A DNA stretch of 63,998 nt, the filler included, from Octopus bimaculoides (taxonomy: Eukaryota), in NCBI RefSeq assembly GCF_001194135.2. It is 8 parts of 8 records of this genome, joined end to end, with 100 filler letters (N's around TTAATTAATTAA, not from the genome) between each part and the next. Parts side by side here need not be neighbours in the genome. Positions count along the whole stretch, not along the records: positions 1 to 22,953 come from NC_068987.1; positions 23,054 to 39,791 come from NC_068981.1; 6 more parts are not named here. One strand, 5' to 3'. Under the pieces are notes generated by a model. The model made no database searches. It was given only the letters and a program-made list of their open reading frames with translations, and was not told the origin of the DNA. Below, one piece after another: positions 11,609 through 24,535 of this stretch. The position numbers were made by a program, and so were the translations under genes. How positions within the stretch are numbered: the stretch's first letter is position 1; the number at the start of each line of letters is the position of its first letter.

Positions 11609-11694
11609 CCTAAACGGAAATAAATTTGGACAGTAATATTTGATGTATTGAGTAACACTGATTTATTAGTGATTTTAAATTACTGTTTTGAAAT

Positions 11695-12042
11695 CTTGGC
11701 AGAAGGCTAGTAAAAGAATGAAAGTTAAAGTCGAACTGGCGGAATTTGAACTCCGACCTGTAAGACGGATAAAATGCAGCTAAGCATTTTCCCTGCTGTG
11801 CTAACGATTCTCCCAGCTCACTGCATTAGTGATTGCAATATATCGATTTCAAATTTTAGCACAAGACCAGCAATTTCGGGAAGGCGGTAATTCAATTGCA
11901 TCGATTTCCGTACTTAACTAATACTTGTTTCAGGGAATGCGACAGGATGAATGGCAGAATTTGAACTCAGAACGTGAAGATGGACGAAATGCCGATAAGC
12001 ATTTCCCTGGCGTACTAACGCCTCTGCCAGCTCACCGCATCA
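11695..12042 (-). mobile_element. Two diverged Meta-like SINE copies in tandem
   Basis: GAATTTGAACTC..GCTAAGCATTT..CTAACG..CCAGCTCAC twice. Confidence 0.7.
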
Positions 12043-12445
12043 GTGATTTTATTATATTGAAAACTGTTCGGCGTCGATGAAATAGGTATCAGTCTATCGC
12101 TCGGGTCGATGCAATTAACATAACACCACCCCAAAATTGCTGGCCTTGTGCTAACACGTGAAATCAATATATTGAAAACTGGAAACTACATTGCCTCGCT
12201 CTTTCATTTTTTTTGTCTCTAATACATCACACTACGTCTTTTCTCTGGCAATATACCTGTCTCTCTGCATCTGTGTGTCTCTCTCTGTTTCTGCCTCAGT
12301 CTTTCTTTCTTTGTCTTTATATATATGTGTGTGTGTGTGCGTGTGTTTGTGTGTGTTTGTGCGCGTGTGTGTGTACAAATATATGCAAAATGAATACACA
12401 TGAACACACAGTTGTCTGTCCGTGAGAATATCGTTATATATATTC

Positions 12446-12483
<38 letters not shown>

Positions 12484-12504
12484 ATGTGTGTATGTGCGTC
12501 TGTG

Positions 12505-12549
<45 letters not shown>

Positions 12550-12573
12550 TACATGTATATATGTGTATATATA

Positions 12574-12619
<46 letters not shown>

Positions 12620-13250
12620 TATATATGTGTGTGTGTATGCAAAGCATACTATGCATGCATGTATACGTATGTATATGTATATTGCATAGATATATTCAAT
12701 ATATTCATATATATATATATATATATACACGCACACGCGCACACATACACATGTATATACCTACATACATACATACATGCACGCAAGCGTACATATATAT
12801 CCTCGCAAATACTCGATATTTTGAGCACAATACTCGATACGATGGGTAAAAAAGCACATAATTATTGGAAACTGGATATTCAAAAATCGTTAATTCGAAA
12901 AATTATTGAAGATATACACAAAAAATTATAATCGACATATCAATACTCATGAACAGAGAATATTTCCGAAATATTTAGTTAATACTTTATTTCATCTGTT
13001 ATCAAATAACGGTATATTTTAGTAAAAATGTGATATATTTTTCAAATATATATTTTGCGTTAAATACATTCACTTACTTGTGCAGGACTAATTTTCAGTA
13101 TTAATATTAAATCAATAAATCAGGAATATTTTCAAAATATGGATTTCTTATTTGCTTATAATACCGTTTCAAATTGCATTGCTTCCTGTTCACACATATT
13201 CTTATTTACATACATCTATATGTATATTTGTATTTTTTCCTGTTTTTCAG

Positions 13251-13286
<36 letters not shown>

Positions 13287-13354
13287 GATACAAATCCACA
13301 TGCACACACACCGAGAAATACACACAATCACACACATATATATATATATGTGTG

Positions 13355-13386
<32 letters not shown>

Positions 13387-13998
13387 NNNNNNNNNNNNNN
13401 NNNNNNNNNNNNNNNNNNNNNNNNNNNNNNNNNNNNNNNNNNNNNNNNNNNNNNNNNNNNNNNNNNNNNNNNNNNNNNNNNNNNNNNNNNNNNNNNNNNN
13501 NNNNNNNNNNNNNNNNNNNNNNNNNNNNNNNNNNNNNNNNNNNNNNNNNNNNNNNNNNNNNNNNNNNNNNNNNNNNNNNNNNNNNNNNNNNNNNNNNNNN
13601 NNNNNNNNNNNNNNNNNNNNNNNNNNNNNNNNNNNNNNNNNNNNNNNNNNNNNNNNNNNNNNNNNNNNNNNNNNNNNNNNNNNNNNNNNNNNNNNNNNNN
13701 NNNNNNNNNNNNNNNNNNNNNNNNNNNNNNNNNNNNNNNNNNNNNNNNNNNNNNNNNNNNNNNNNNNNNNNNNNNNNNNNNNNNNNNNNNNNNNNNNNNN
13801 NNNNNNNNNNNNNNNNNNNNNNNNNNNNNNNNNNNNNNNNNNNNNNNNNNNNNNNNNNNNNNNNNNNNNNNNNNNNNNNNNNNNNNNNNNNNNNNNNNNN
13901 NNNNNNNNNNNNNNNNNNNNNNNNNNNNNNNNNNNNNNNNNNNNNNNNNNNNNNNNNNNNNNNNNNNNNNNNNNNNNNNNNNNNNNNNNNNNNNNNNN

Positions 13999-14029
<31 letters not shown>

Positions 14030-14505
14030 AGATCATCTACCAATTATGAATATTTCATCTATTACGTAATCCTGAATCCCAAGAAACAGCTGTCAGTCTT
14101 GAAATAGCATAACCTTTCCACTTAGCTTTTTGTAATGTTTGCACTTCATATAAATTTGTTGTGGAAATATATAAGTATGAATATGTTTATACACCATTGT
14201 TCACCTAAGAAAATTCAGCTTCATTTTCTCTCTATATATATCTTTATATACATTTACATGTGTATACGCATGTATGTTTTATACTTCATGATCACGCGTG
14301 TTTATATTTGCCACTATATCCTTATCAGCCCACATGGATTTCTCTGGGTCCTCTTTATCCTGCGGACTGAGTCCGATAAAGATTTTGGAGTGTATATCCA
14401 AATCATTTCAGCACTGCTACATGTTTACTACTCTGAACATCTCTGGATTTCACTTCCTCTCTCTCTCTGTCTCACTCTCTCTCTCTCCGTCTCTGTCTCT
14501 ATCTC

Positions 14506-14554
<49 letters not shown>

Positions 14555-15035
14555 GTCCCTGTCTCTCTCTCTCTCTCCATGGCCGTGTATATATATANNN
14601 NNNNNNNNNNNNNNNNNNNNNNNNNNNNNNNNNNNNNNNNNNNNNNNNNNNNNNNNNNNNNNNNNNNNNNNNNNNNNNNNNNNNNNNNNNNNNNNNNNNN
14701 NNNNNNNNNNNNNNNNNNNNNNNNNNNNNNNNNNNNNNNNNNNNNNNNNNNNNNNNNNNNNNNNNNNNNNNNNNNNNNNNNNNNNNNNNNNNNNNNNNNN
14801 NNNNNNNNNNNNNNNNNNNNNNNNNNNNNNNNNNNNNNNNNNNNNNNNNNNNNNNNNNNNNNNNNNNNNNNNNNNNNNNNNNNNNNNNNNNNNNNNNNNN
14901 NNNNNNNNNNNNNNNNNNNNNNNNNNNNNNNNNNNNNNNNNNNNNNNNNNNNNNNNNNNNNNNNNNNNNNNNNNNNNNNNNNNNNNNNNNNNNNNNNNNN
15001 NNNNNNNNNNNNNNNNNNNNNNNNNNNNNNNNNNN

Positions 15036-15099
<64 letters not shown>

Positions 15100-15253
15100 T
15101 ACACACAAGTAAACACACATACATACACAGAGACATACATATATATTTGTACATGCTTATACTTAGATAGCTTGATTGCTAGATAGAGAGAGAGAGAAAG
15201 AGAGGAAGAAAAAAAGAAAGAAAGAAAGAAAAAAAGAAAGAAAGAAAGAATGA

Positions 15254-15285
<32 letters not shown>

Positions 15286-16109
15286 AAAAAAGAAAGAAAG
15301 AAAGAAAGAAATATTGAGGAAGACGTTGACAGCTACATAGTCTCAACTGATTCTTCCATAAGGATAACACTATAAAACTGATTCATTAGAATATGGGATT
15401 CGAGTATCATTCATTGCTACGTTGCAGCATTATAACAAATCTACTTCCATTTCTTTATATATTTTATGAACAGAACCGGCTTAAAAGCAAATCGTCAGAT
15501 ATTGAATAGAGAAGTTGAGATACTTGTTTTGTTTCTTGCTTTTGTGGCTGTTGTTGTTGTTTTTGTTATTATTATGTTTCTTTTTTTTTGTTAGCAGAGT
15601 GTGGCAGTATTTCTGTGTGGATCAGTATCACTGCGTGTGTGTATGTATTTGCTCACTTATGCCTGGACGATAAAACCTATCTGAAGACCACACAGCTGAA
15701 GAGAAGTACGAATTGTCGTGTTTCATTCTTGTGAATGGTTTCAGTGTTTGGCGTGTAAACGTGTCCATGGTAATTAGATTTGGAGGCAGGATATGAGAAG
15801 TTGATTTCTATTGCCATTTCTATTGCTGAGGTGAGAATATTGAAGCGGTAGATATGTGGACATTAGTAGATGTCACAGTCTATTTGTACGTTGTAGAATA
15901 ACAAAGCTTAATATAAACTATAGATGTGTTTATTAGTGAGCGTGTGTCTAAATACATGCATACATAATCTATCTATCTATAATATATGTGTGCGCGTGTG
16001 TTCCTGTGTGTATACGTATATATATATATATATGTGTGTGTCTGTAAATAAGTTTATATATCTTAGATATGTTTCGGCCAAAGATTGGTCCAAGTAATGT
16101 GTATATATA

Positions 16110-16141
<32 letters not shown>

Positions 16142-16285
16142 NNNNNNNNNNNNNNNNNNNNNNNNNNNNNNNNNNNNNNNNNNNNNNNNNNNNNNNNNNN
16201 NNNNNNNNNNNNNNNNNNNNNNNNNNNNNNNNNNNNNNNNNNNNNNNNNNNNNNNNNNNNNNNNNNNNNNNNNNNNNNNNNNNNN

Positions 16286-16331
<46 letters not shown>

Positions 16332-16428
16332 AGAGATACTTACAGATGTATACATGTATACATATATATTTATATATCTATTTGTAGATATATACATGTA
16401 TGTATATATACTTATATATATATATAGT

Positions 16429-16481
<53 letters not shown>

Positions 16482-16578
16482 ATTTGTGTGTGTGTGTGTG
16501 TGTGTATACATACACAGACACAAAAACACACACACATATATACATATATACATATATACATATTCCTACATGCTTATA

Positions 16579-16831
16579 TACAGGGTGGTGCAAAATTATG
16601 TATACAGTTAGAAAAAAAAACACGTACAATAATCAATTATTTTTATCAAAAAATTTAAAAGTTACAATAAAATTATAATCATAGTTATGATAAATGTATT
16701 ATCATGATTAATGACACTGAAAATATTAAAATGAGTTTATGTAATTTAATGTGCTAATAACTTTAATAAATTAAGTATTATGACATCGATGGGATACTTA
16801 CTGTATACCTACTTTTGCGCCGACTTTTGTA
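16579..16831. mobile_element. Tc1/mariner-type MITE (~250 bp, ~30-bp imperfect TIRs, TA ends)
   Basis: Left TACAGGGTGGTGCAAAATTATGTATACAGT; right ACTGTATACCTACTTTTGCGCCGACTTTTGTA is its degenerate reverse complement. Confidence 0.6.
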
Positions 16832-16967
16832 TATATACATACATACATACATACATACATACATGCATATATATATATATACGTATGTATGTGTGTGTGT
16901 GCATATATATATGTATGTATATATATAAGAGTGTGCATATATATCTATATCTATATATATGTATGTG

Positions 16968-17004
<37 letters not shown>

Positions 17005-18329
17005 CTGTGTATATATGAATATATTCACACGCACGCACCCACACATACCTGCCTCGGTTTCTGTTTTATGTCTGTCTGTCTGCCTGCCTCTCTCTCTCTC
17101 TCTCCTTATATANNNNNNNNNNNNNNNNNNNNNNNNNNNNNNNNNNNNNNNNNNNNNNNNNNNNNNNNNNNNNNNNNNNNNNNNNNNNNNNNNNNNNNNN
17201 NNNNNNNNNNNNNNNNNNNNNNNNNNNNNNNNNNNNNNNNNNNNNNNNNNNNNNNNNNNNNNNNNNNNNNNNNNNNNNNNNNNNNNNNNNNNNNNNNNNN
17301 NNNNNNNNNNNNNNNNNNNNNNNNNNNNNNNNNNNNNNNNNNNNNNNNNNNNNNNNNNNNNNNNNNNNNNNTGTGTCAAATTCTCTTATACACCAGATGT
17401 GCCATCAAAACTCTTGATTGGACCATGTCAGGTGGGGAAGAAGAGCCATGCAAGGAACGTGAAAATCACGGTGGTGCACCAGCATGACCGCAGCCACTTG
17501 GCTGAAACACATAAATAAATAAATAAATATGTGTGTGTACATATATGTACATATATATATATGTACATATATATATATGTACATATATATATATATTTAT
17601 GTATATAAGGATATGTATTTATTTATATAAACATATATATGTACACATACTTCTATACCTATATGTACATACATGCAAACACTCACGCATGCAAAAGAAG
17701 CCTATGTCCGCTTGTCTAAGAAATGATGTCATTAATTCATAAGAAATTGTTGTGGTTTGAAGCTTAGACTAGCAACCATAGATCCGTGTTACTTAACATC
17801 AGATATCAGAAAGTTTCTGTTGTTTTGAGTAGGTTTTCCAAGAACACATTTCTCAATATTCAGTAGATTTTCCGCCACGGAAAGAATTTTATATTACATG
17901 TATTGGACCAGTGTAATTAAATTTTGAAAACTTTCAGTCTTCTATAAAATGGTATGCTGCTCTACCTTCACTTTAGTAAGCCAGTTGACAAATTCGATCA
18001 TAGCATTTTATGTTAAGACATGAAGAGACAATGTTCGTTCGATGGATCAAAAATTTGCAAAACCAGTAACAAATACTGAGCTGTTAAATTAGAGATCCGA
18101 AAGAAAGGGAGCATTTTTATATAAAGTCACGCAGAGCATTGCTTTTAGAATCCTGTTTCCTATGGATGCTGTCGTATATTGACAAAGACATACGCAGAAG
18201 TTACACAACCAATGTCGGGTATTTTAAAAGACACGTAACCTCATTTGTTTCGTAAATCAGAAAATCCAACAAGCAAACAACGAAACAATCCAGCAGGAAA
18301 TATTCGTTGACATTCCACGCACTAACAGC

Positions 18330-19500
18330 TAGTAAATTCTGTTACCAGTCATTTTCCAAAATTTTGACACCAAAGTCAAGAGAAACAAGACAATTCAAAA
18401 TAAACACATACCACATAAACCATTCTTTTGATAGCGTTCTTCCAACAGACACCAAGAAGTCGAAATCAAGATCCTCAGACTGTAATTAGAGTCAAATCTA
18501 GGCCTCAAACTTAGGCCTCAATCTTCCAGGGTATCAAGGAAACATAGCATTAAACTATATCTACATGAGGCCTGAGATGATGCGGAATACGCCGCTCTAT
18601 TTTTACATCCTTTTTAATGATCAGATGAGAGATAGTTGAGACTATCAGTAAGCCAACTATTGTGCTTAATAGTTAATATGTGCTGGATAAATGTGGAAAT
18701 TGTGAGTACTATAAATGTGGAAACTGAGTACTGTCTATCATATTGATCTCTATTTATGTCTTCAACATATTCTATATCATCTGTAGATGTCTTCTTCGTA
18801 AAGTCTAGAATGTTTCTTTTGTGTGTGATATATAATTATACTCAGTTGTATTTTCTATTTCTACGTGTGTCAGTTATGGTGGGAAACAATGATTTTGATA
18901 GATACTAGTTTAAGATGGTATTTCGATAATTTTTACAGTAGTCATGTGTTTAAAATTGAAGAATAGTGATATGATATAATCATGGTGTCTTCTGCACATG
19001 TAGTTGAATGTCTGTTTAAAAGGAGATTTCGGAAACCCGTATTGACGGTGATAAAAATCATGTGTGAGAATATAGATCTTTATAGCACTGCATCTCGGAA
19101 ATTGAATATTTTCTTTTCTCCATTATAAAAGGACATTTTTTCAGTCAAGCTACTGCATTGTATTTGTTCAAACCTGTTTTCAATAAGCGTGTTATTACAA
19201 AATGAGCCTTCTTTAAGCAGGTCCATGTCCAAAGACATTTATGAAGGACTAATTCTTCCAATGCATCCTTTATTGTCCCAGGGGACAGGTGGCTATAATT
19301 CGAGGGATGTTTAGTTGTGATTTATAACAGGTAAAACGACTTTGCACAAGTTTCGTCGTTGGTTCGTTTATGTTGTCATCAATTGTTGAATATCTTATAT
19401 ATGAATTGATTCCAGTATATGGAGTCAAAAGCTTTACTGATACCATTAGTACTTAGACCATCGAGCTCAGTTGTAGGTTCGGAAATGGATACGTGAACTG
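18330..19500 (-). mobile_element. Heavily decayed non-LTR retrotransposon RT remnant
   Basis: Minus frame near 19400-19450 gives NGISKAFDSIYWN (DxSKAFDxI-like RT motif); the rest is only weakly suggestive. Confidence 0.3.
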
Positions 19501-20442
19501 ACATACATTTTGCATCTAAGACTGAAGAATAGAATATAGTGGTTGAAATCTGTGTTAGGGTGAATAGCTATATCATGCAGATTACTACTTCCTAACATCT
19601 TTAGAGCATAATATAAAATGAAAGACTTAATGAACATTCCATGTGTTCAGCAAGCTGTAAGTTTCTGACACCTCATCAAATATGCATATATTTATTTGCA
19701 ATTTAAAGGATAGTAATATTAACAAAAATATAAATATAAATATAGAACTCCCCTTGATAAGATGCTTCGGGGCCTTAATGCCCCGAAGCTTATTATCATT
19801 TTCCTTCAAAGTATAACATTTTATTATCAACTATGAACGAAAGATCTGAATTGGGGAATTACTACAGATACACCCTTTGATTTTTATTAAGGTATTTTCA
19901 GCTACTAACTATAATAGTAGCATTCATTATAATGGATCTGACATATGCTAAAAAGATGGTCATGTGATAAGAATAACTTTCGTTTATTCATCATCTATTA
20001 AATATAATTAACACTGGCCGCCTTTCAGTAGTACGTATGTGCTTATACATATGATACTGAAGTCATAAAGCACTGAACGAGATTTTAGATTGAATAAAAA
20101 ACACTTGTTCTGCGCATGACAACTGAAATCATGAAAGAATTACGAACAAGAAATTTCAAACATCTTGGTAAGAAATCAAATCGCAATGATTGATCATATT
20201 TTGATGTGTTTGACAATGGTTTTGTTTATGAACCTGGAGTTACGTTCATTTTCATTTTCTGCTACTTAAATGCTTGAACAATCAATGATGTGCAACAAAA
20301 TAATATGATTCATGGTCCTTCACTTTCTAAAAATATATACATATACATACATACTCACACTTACACATACACGCGCGCGTGCACACACAGACACACACAC
20401 ACACACGCACAAACACATACACACTCATACACACACACATGT

Positions 20443-20880
20443 AAGAAAGTGCTACATTGGAAACTATGCGAAAAGTAGGGTCTAGGGAGAAGAGTGGTAT
20501 GAGCACAAAACACAGAGAGAGACTGAGCTCGAGACCTGCAGAATCCTGGAGGATTTTCCAATACAAACAGACCAGGCACATACACCCGAGACTATTGTTG
20601 TTGGACAAAGTAAACCACATGTGTTCTATAATGGATCATACCTTCCCCTTTGATCAAGAAGAGAGGCGAAAAAGAATAAACATACAATACTCTTAAATAT
20701 GAGATAGCTCGACTGTGGAAAAATAAGCTGAAGATAGTGCCACCTATTGATGGATTCTTGGTGACAATATTCAAATGCATCAAGAGCAATATAAATGGAA
20801 TAGGATAAGACTACGGAGAAGAGCTTTAGCGAAAGGTTTGCCTCATTGGTACAGTCATCAGCAAAGTATTAGATAGTTAA
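20443..20880 (+). pseudogene. R4/Dong-type non-LTR retrotransposon, C-terminal restriction-like endonuclease region, 5'-truncated and frameshifted
   Basis: Spliced frames give KVLHWKLCEK..EWYEHK..CRILEDFPIQTD..LLLDKVNHMCSIMDHTFPFD..LKYEIARLWK..KIVP..CLIGTVISKVLDS*, matching the HWxLC..WYEH..DFxIQTD..EIxRLW pattern of R4-clade RLE domains. Confidence 0.78.
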
Positions 20881-21506
20881 AAAGAACAGATAGCATGGTA
20901 CCGTAGGCTTCAAGTAGCAAGCCTGCTAAACATGAAAGACTCCAGGAGTCCCAACAAAATCTGAATTAAAATGTCAAAAAGTACATAAGAGTTCCAAATT
21001 TTGGCACAAGGCTAAAAATTTTGAGGGAAAGTATACATCGGCCATAGTGCTCATCTTGAACTTATTTTAACGACCTTTGCCGCCAAGGAAAACTCGACCG
21101 CAGCGGAATTTGAACTTGGATCATAAAGACCAACGCATATAGCGCTAACCATTTTGTCGGGTGTGCAAGCCATTCTGCCAGCATCACGATTTATATAATA
21201 ATAATAATATCAACAATGATTTCATTTATTTGCCACAAGGGCGAAGGATGAGGAGTACAATACAAAGACAGACATAAAGTGTGGGTGCATACATATAAGG
21301 AAATGATGAAACAGGAAGTATACACGGTATAAACTGAAAAAGAAGGACGTATCCATAATAATAATTATTATTATGCTATGCATATGCCCCTTCTTTTTTA
21401 GTATATACCGTGTATACTTTCATTTTTATCATTTCATTATTATTTTATCATTTCATTATTATTTTATGATTTCGTTATTATTATTATTATCATTATTATT
21501 ATTTTT

Positions 21507-21686
21507 TTTATTTTTATAACGTGTTTCACTTCACTACCGAGCGCAGCTCTGTGCGCCTTGGGTATGTGCTGTGGTTTGCTGTGGTGCTCTTATGTTTACT
21601 CTATTGAAAGTGTTTTGCGTCTATATTTACATTATTTTTTTTCCATATTTTATATGTATGTGTTGTTGCGTTTTCGTTTTTTGGGT
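21507..21686 (-). mobile_element. Short retroelement 3' end embedded in (TAA)n, possibly Dong/R4-related
   Basis: Unique ~180-bp segment with GCGCA-gctctg-TGCGC hairpin; TTA-rich degenerate repeat on left, perfect (TTA)n 21687-21786 on right. Confidence 0.45.
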
Positions 21687-21697
21687 ATTATTATTAC

Positions 21698-21787
<90 letters not shown>

Positions 21788-21789
21788 CC

Positions 21790-21990
21790 TCTCTGCTATG
21801 GGCACAACACCTGAAATATTGAGGGAGGGAGCTTGTCGATTACATCAACCCCGGTGGTAATTAGTTTATCGACTCCGAAAGAATGAAAGGCAAAATCGAT
21901 TTCGGCGAAATTTGAACTCAGAACGTATGAACGGACGAAACAAGTTTAAGCATTTTGCCCGGCGTGCTAACGATTCTGCCAGCTCACCAG
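21790..21990 (-). mobile_element. Meta-like SINE
   Basis: GAAAGAATGAAAGGCAAAATCGATTTCGGCGAAATTTGAACTCAGAACGT..CTGCCAGCTCACC. Confidence 0.8.
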
Positions 21991-22007
21991 CTTATATACT
22001 ACTACTA

Positions 22008-22129
<122 letters not shown>

Positions 22130-22318
22130 CCTTTCTACAAGCGGTACAAGTCCTGAATTTTGCGGGGCGGGGACTAGTCGATTATATCAACCCCAAAGTT
22201 TCACTGGTACTTAATTAATAGATCCGGAAATGATGAAAGGCTTAACTCAACGTAGCGACGGGCGAAATTCCGCGAAGCATTTCTCCCGGCGTGCTAACGA
22301 CTCTGCCAGCTGACCGCC
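22130..22318 (-). mobile_element. Meta-like SINE with (ATT)n tail (22040-22128)
   Basis: CCTTTCTAC..CCTGAATTTTG..GTCGATTATATCAACCCC..CTGGTACTTAATT..CTGCCAGCTGACCGCC. Confidence 0.75.
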
Positions 22319-22448
22319 ATTTTATAATATGTATATATACATACGTTCACATTTGTAAGATATGAGAGTGTGTGTATTTGTATACACACACACACCAACA
22401 CACACACACACACANNNNNNNNNNNNNNNNNNNNNNNNNNNNNNNNNN

Positions 22449-22498
<50 letters not shown>

Positions 22499-22997
22499 CC
22501 ATATGTATATATATATGCGAGTAAGTGAATGTGTGTATGTGCGTGTATGTTTGCGCGCGCGTATGTGACTATATACATCAAAACTCTTATTTTCGAAATC
22601 GACATAACGAACACTGACAGACGGTTTACATGTCGACCGGTCAACAATGACAACAATATATGTTAGATATGACACGTTCCTCACACCTAGCATATTCTAA
22701 TCCTCCTCTCTCACCCGAACACTCACCTAGTCACATACCGGCTGGAGCAATAACAAGACAATGATAAATAACCTTTAGTTGATATCCGCCCTTGCACGTC
22801 GTATAAGGTTAATCTGTCAGTATGTGTTATGTCTGGCAGTTAGTGAATATCAATTCGCACCATATTATGGGTTCATATGAAAAGAAAGGAATACATAGAT
22901 ACATATATACAAACACACAAAAGCATACACGCATATATATATATATATATATANNNNNNNNNNNNNNNNNNNNNNNNNNNNNNNNNNNNNNNNNNNN

Positions 22998-23009
22998 TTA
23001 ATTAATTAA
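22998..23009. other. Assembly join spacer TTAATTAATTAA between 44-N flanks (also 39836-39847, 44943-44954, 49335-49346, 55307-55318, 60754-60765, 62912-62923)
   Basis: Identical 44N+12+44N = 100-bp structure seven times; the 12-mer has stops in all six frames. Confidence 0.95.
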
Positions 23010-23344
23010 NNNNNNNNNNNNNNNNNNNNNNNNNNNNNNNNNNNNNNNNNNNNTATATATATATAAACGCACTTGACTGTTTATCATCTGAATATTTTGA
23101 GTCTGCCTTCTGTTCTTACAATTACACAAGTATTTATATTTTGTACGTTTAAGCCCACGCTAGAATCCATTTATATGAATCATTGTCTCTCTCTCACTCT
23201 CCTTCCCTCTCAAACTCGCTCTCTCTCTCTCTCTCCCTCTATATATATACGTGTGTGTGTGCGTGCGTGCGTGCGTGTGTGTATGTGCGTGTGTGTGTGT
23301 GCGTGTGTGTGTGCGTGTGTGTGTGCGTGTGTGTCTGTTTGACA

Positions 23345-23500
23345 CAACGCTACCATGTTCGGGGTAGGGATAATTCGATTACATCTTCCCCTGTCGTTAA
23401 TTTCTACCGATCCCGAAGGGATGAAATGTAAATTCAACCTTGCGGGGAATTTGAACTCCCATCATAAAGATGGACGAAAAGCCGCTAAGCATTTTCCCGG
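23345..23500 (-). mobile_element. Meta-like SINE (diverged)
   Basis: CGATTACATC..ACCGATCCCGAAGGGATGAAATGTAAA..GGAATTTGAACTCC..GCCGCTAAGCATTTTCCCGG. Confidence 0.7.
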
Positions 23501-23523
23501 CTATGAAATACATATAGACGTCT

Positions 23524-23880
23524 TTTTACATTTCCACCGGCCGTTCCGTTATCATTCGCGATGAAAATAAATTAGTATTCCTGGCACCAGCTCTCTTTAC
23601 AAAACTAAACTGTTCAATTCCAATCTCAGGTTTTATTCTGCTTCTTGCCCACAGAAGTAAAATTCTCAGAATGATCTTTGTAATGTGACTCATGAGACAA
23701 ATTGTGCGATGTTGTTCACAGTTCACTACTCCTGATTTCTTCGGAACTGCAAGAAAAAAATCGGTTTAACACAGAGCTTAAGAAATTTTCCCATAGGTCT
23801 TTATTAAATCGGTCAATTTTCTAATTCTATATTCCTCTAAAGCGTTTATCATCACAATGACGATGGTTATTAAGAAACAC
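23524..23880 (-). pseudogene. RTE-clade LINE, start of RT domain
   Basis: IVMINALEEYRIRKLTDLI..FLAVPKKSGVVNCEQHRTICLMSHITKIILRILL..IKPEIGIEQFSFVKRAGARN, typical RTE RT N-terminal motifs. Confidence 0.8.
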
Positions 23881-23904
23881 ATGATTTAAGGAGCACCCTA
23901 GAAT

Positions 23905-24535
23905 TTACACATGGAAAGACCCTGGTTATATCTCGAGAAACCAGATTGATTATATATCCATCAATAACAAATTTTAGAAATCAGTAGAACATGCAAAAAC
24001 ATACTCAGGAGCAGACTGTAGGAGCAACCTTGTACCAATAGTATGCACACTCTTATGTAGATAAAGGAAGAGAGCAAGCGCTGCACAGAAACTGAATTTT
24101 GAGCCGCTGAATAAGAGGTGCTGTTGGAGTATTCCGGCAATGTATGGAACGTATTTAATTTGTTGATTGACAATGTCACCTTAGTTGAAACAGCCCAGGA
24201 ATGCCAAGGAATAAAAAAAAACAATAATAAATGGATGCCTTTCAAGGGTGAGTAAGAGACAGATCAGGAACAGGGAATCCAAAAAGTATAGGGAGCTAGA
24301 TAGACTAGTTAAACGGAAGTGTAAGACGGCTAAAGAAACTATGAGAAGATGAGATCTCTGGCGTGAAATCAGGATGTTCAAACTCTGGCTGTATAAGAGT
24401 AAAGGATGGCACCATACTCGTTGAGTGAGAAGTTTGACATTTTTCATTGATGGACAGAGAATATAGGAGATTTATATCGTGATGCGAGAGCGACCTTGCC
24501 TAGTTTTATTGACTCCAATAAGGGTCCAAGGTTAT
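23905..24535 (+). pseudogene. RTE-clade LINE, APE C-terminus plus tether, opposite orientation to the adjacent piece
   Basis: WKDPGYISRNQIDYISINNKF..AKTYSGADCRSN..KRKCKTAKE..RWTENIGDLYRDARATLPSFIDSNKGPR. Confidence 0.75.

Noticed and set aside
14290-14450. Possible exon (LFILRTESDKDFGVY, faintly Ig-like) in ORF 14135-15112
   Set aside because: Lacks the conserved Cys/Trp pattern, no convincing splice pair, no supporting exons nearby.
13139-15170. 200-400 aa ORFs full of X (also 4.5-5.2, 38.0-39.2, 42.6-43.2, 61.3-62.0 kb)
   Set aside because: Open only because they read through N gaps.
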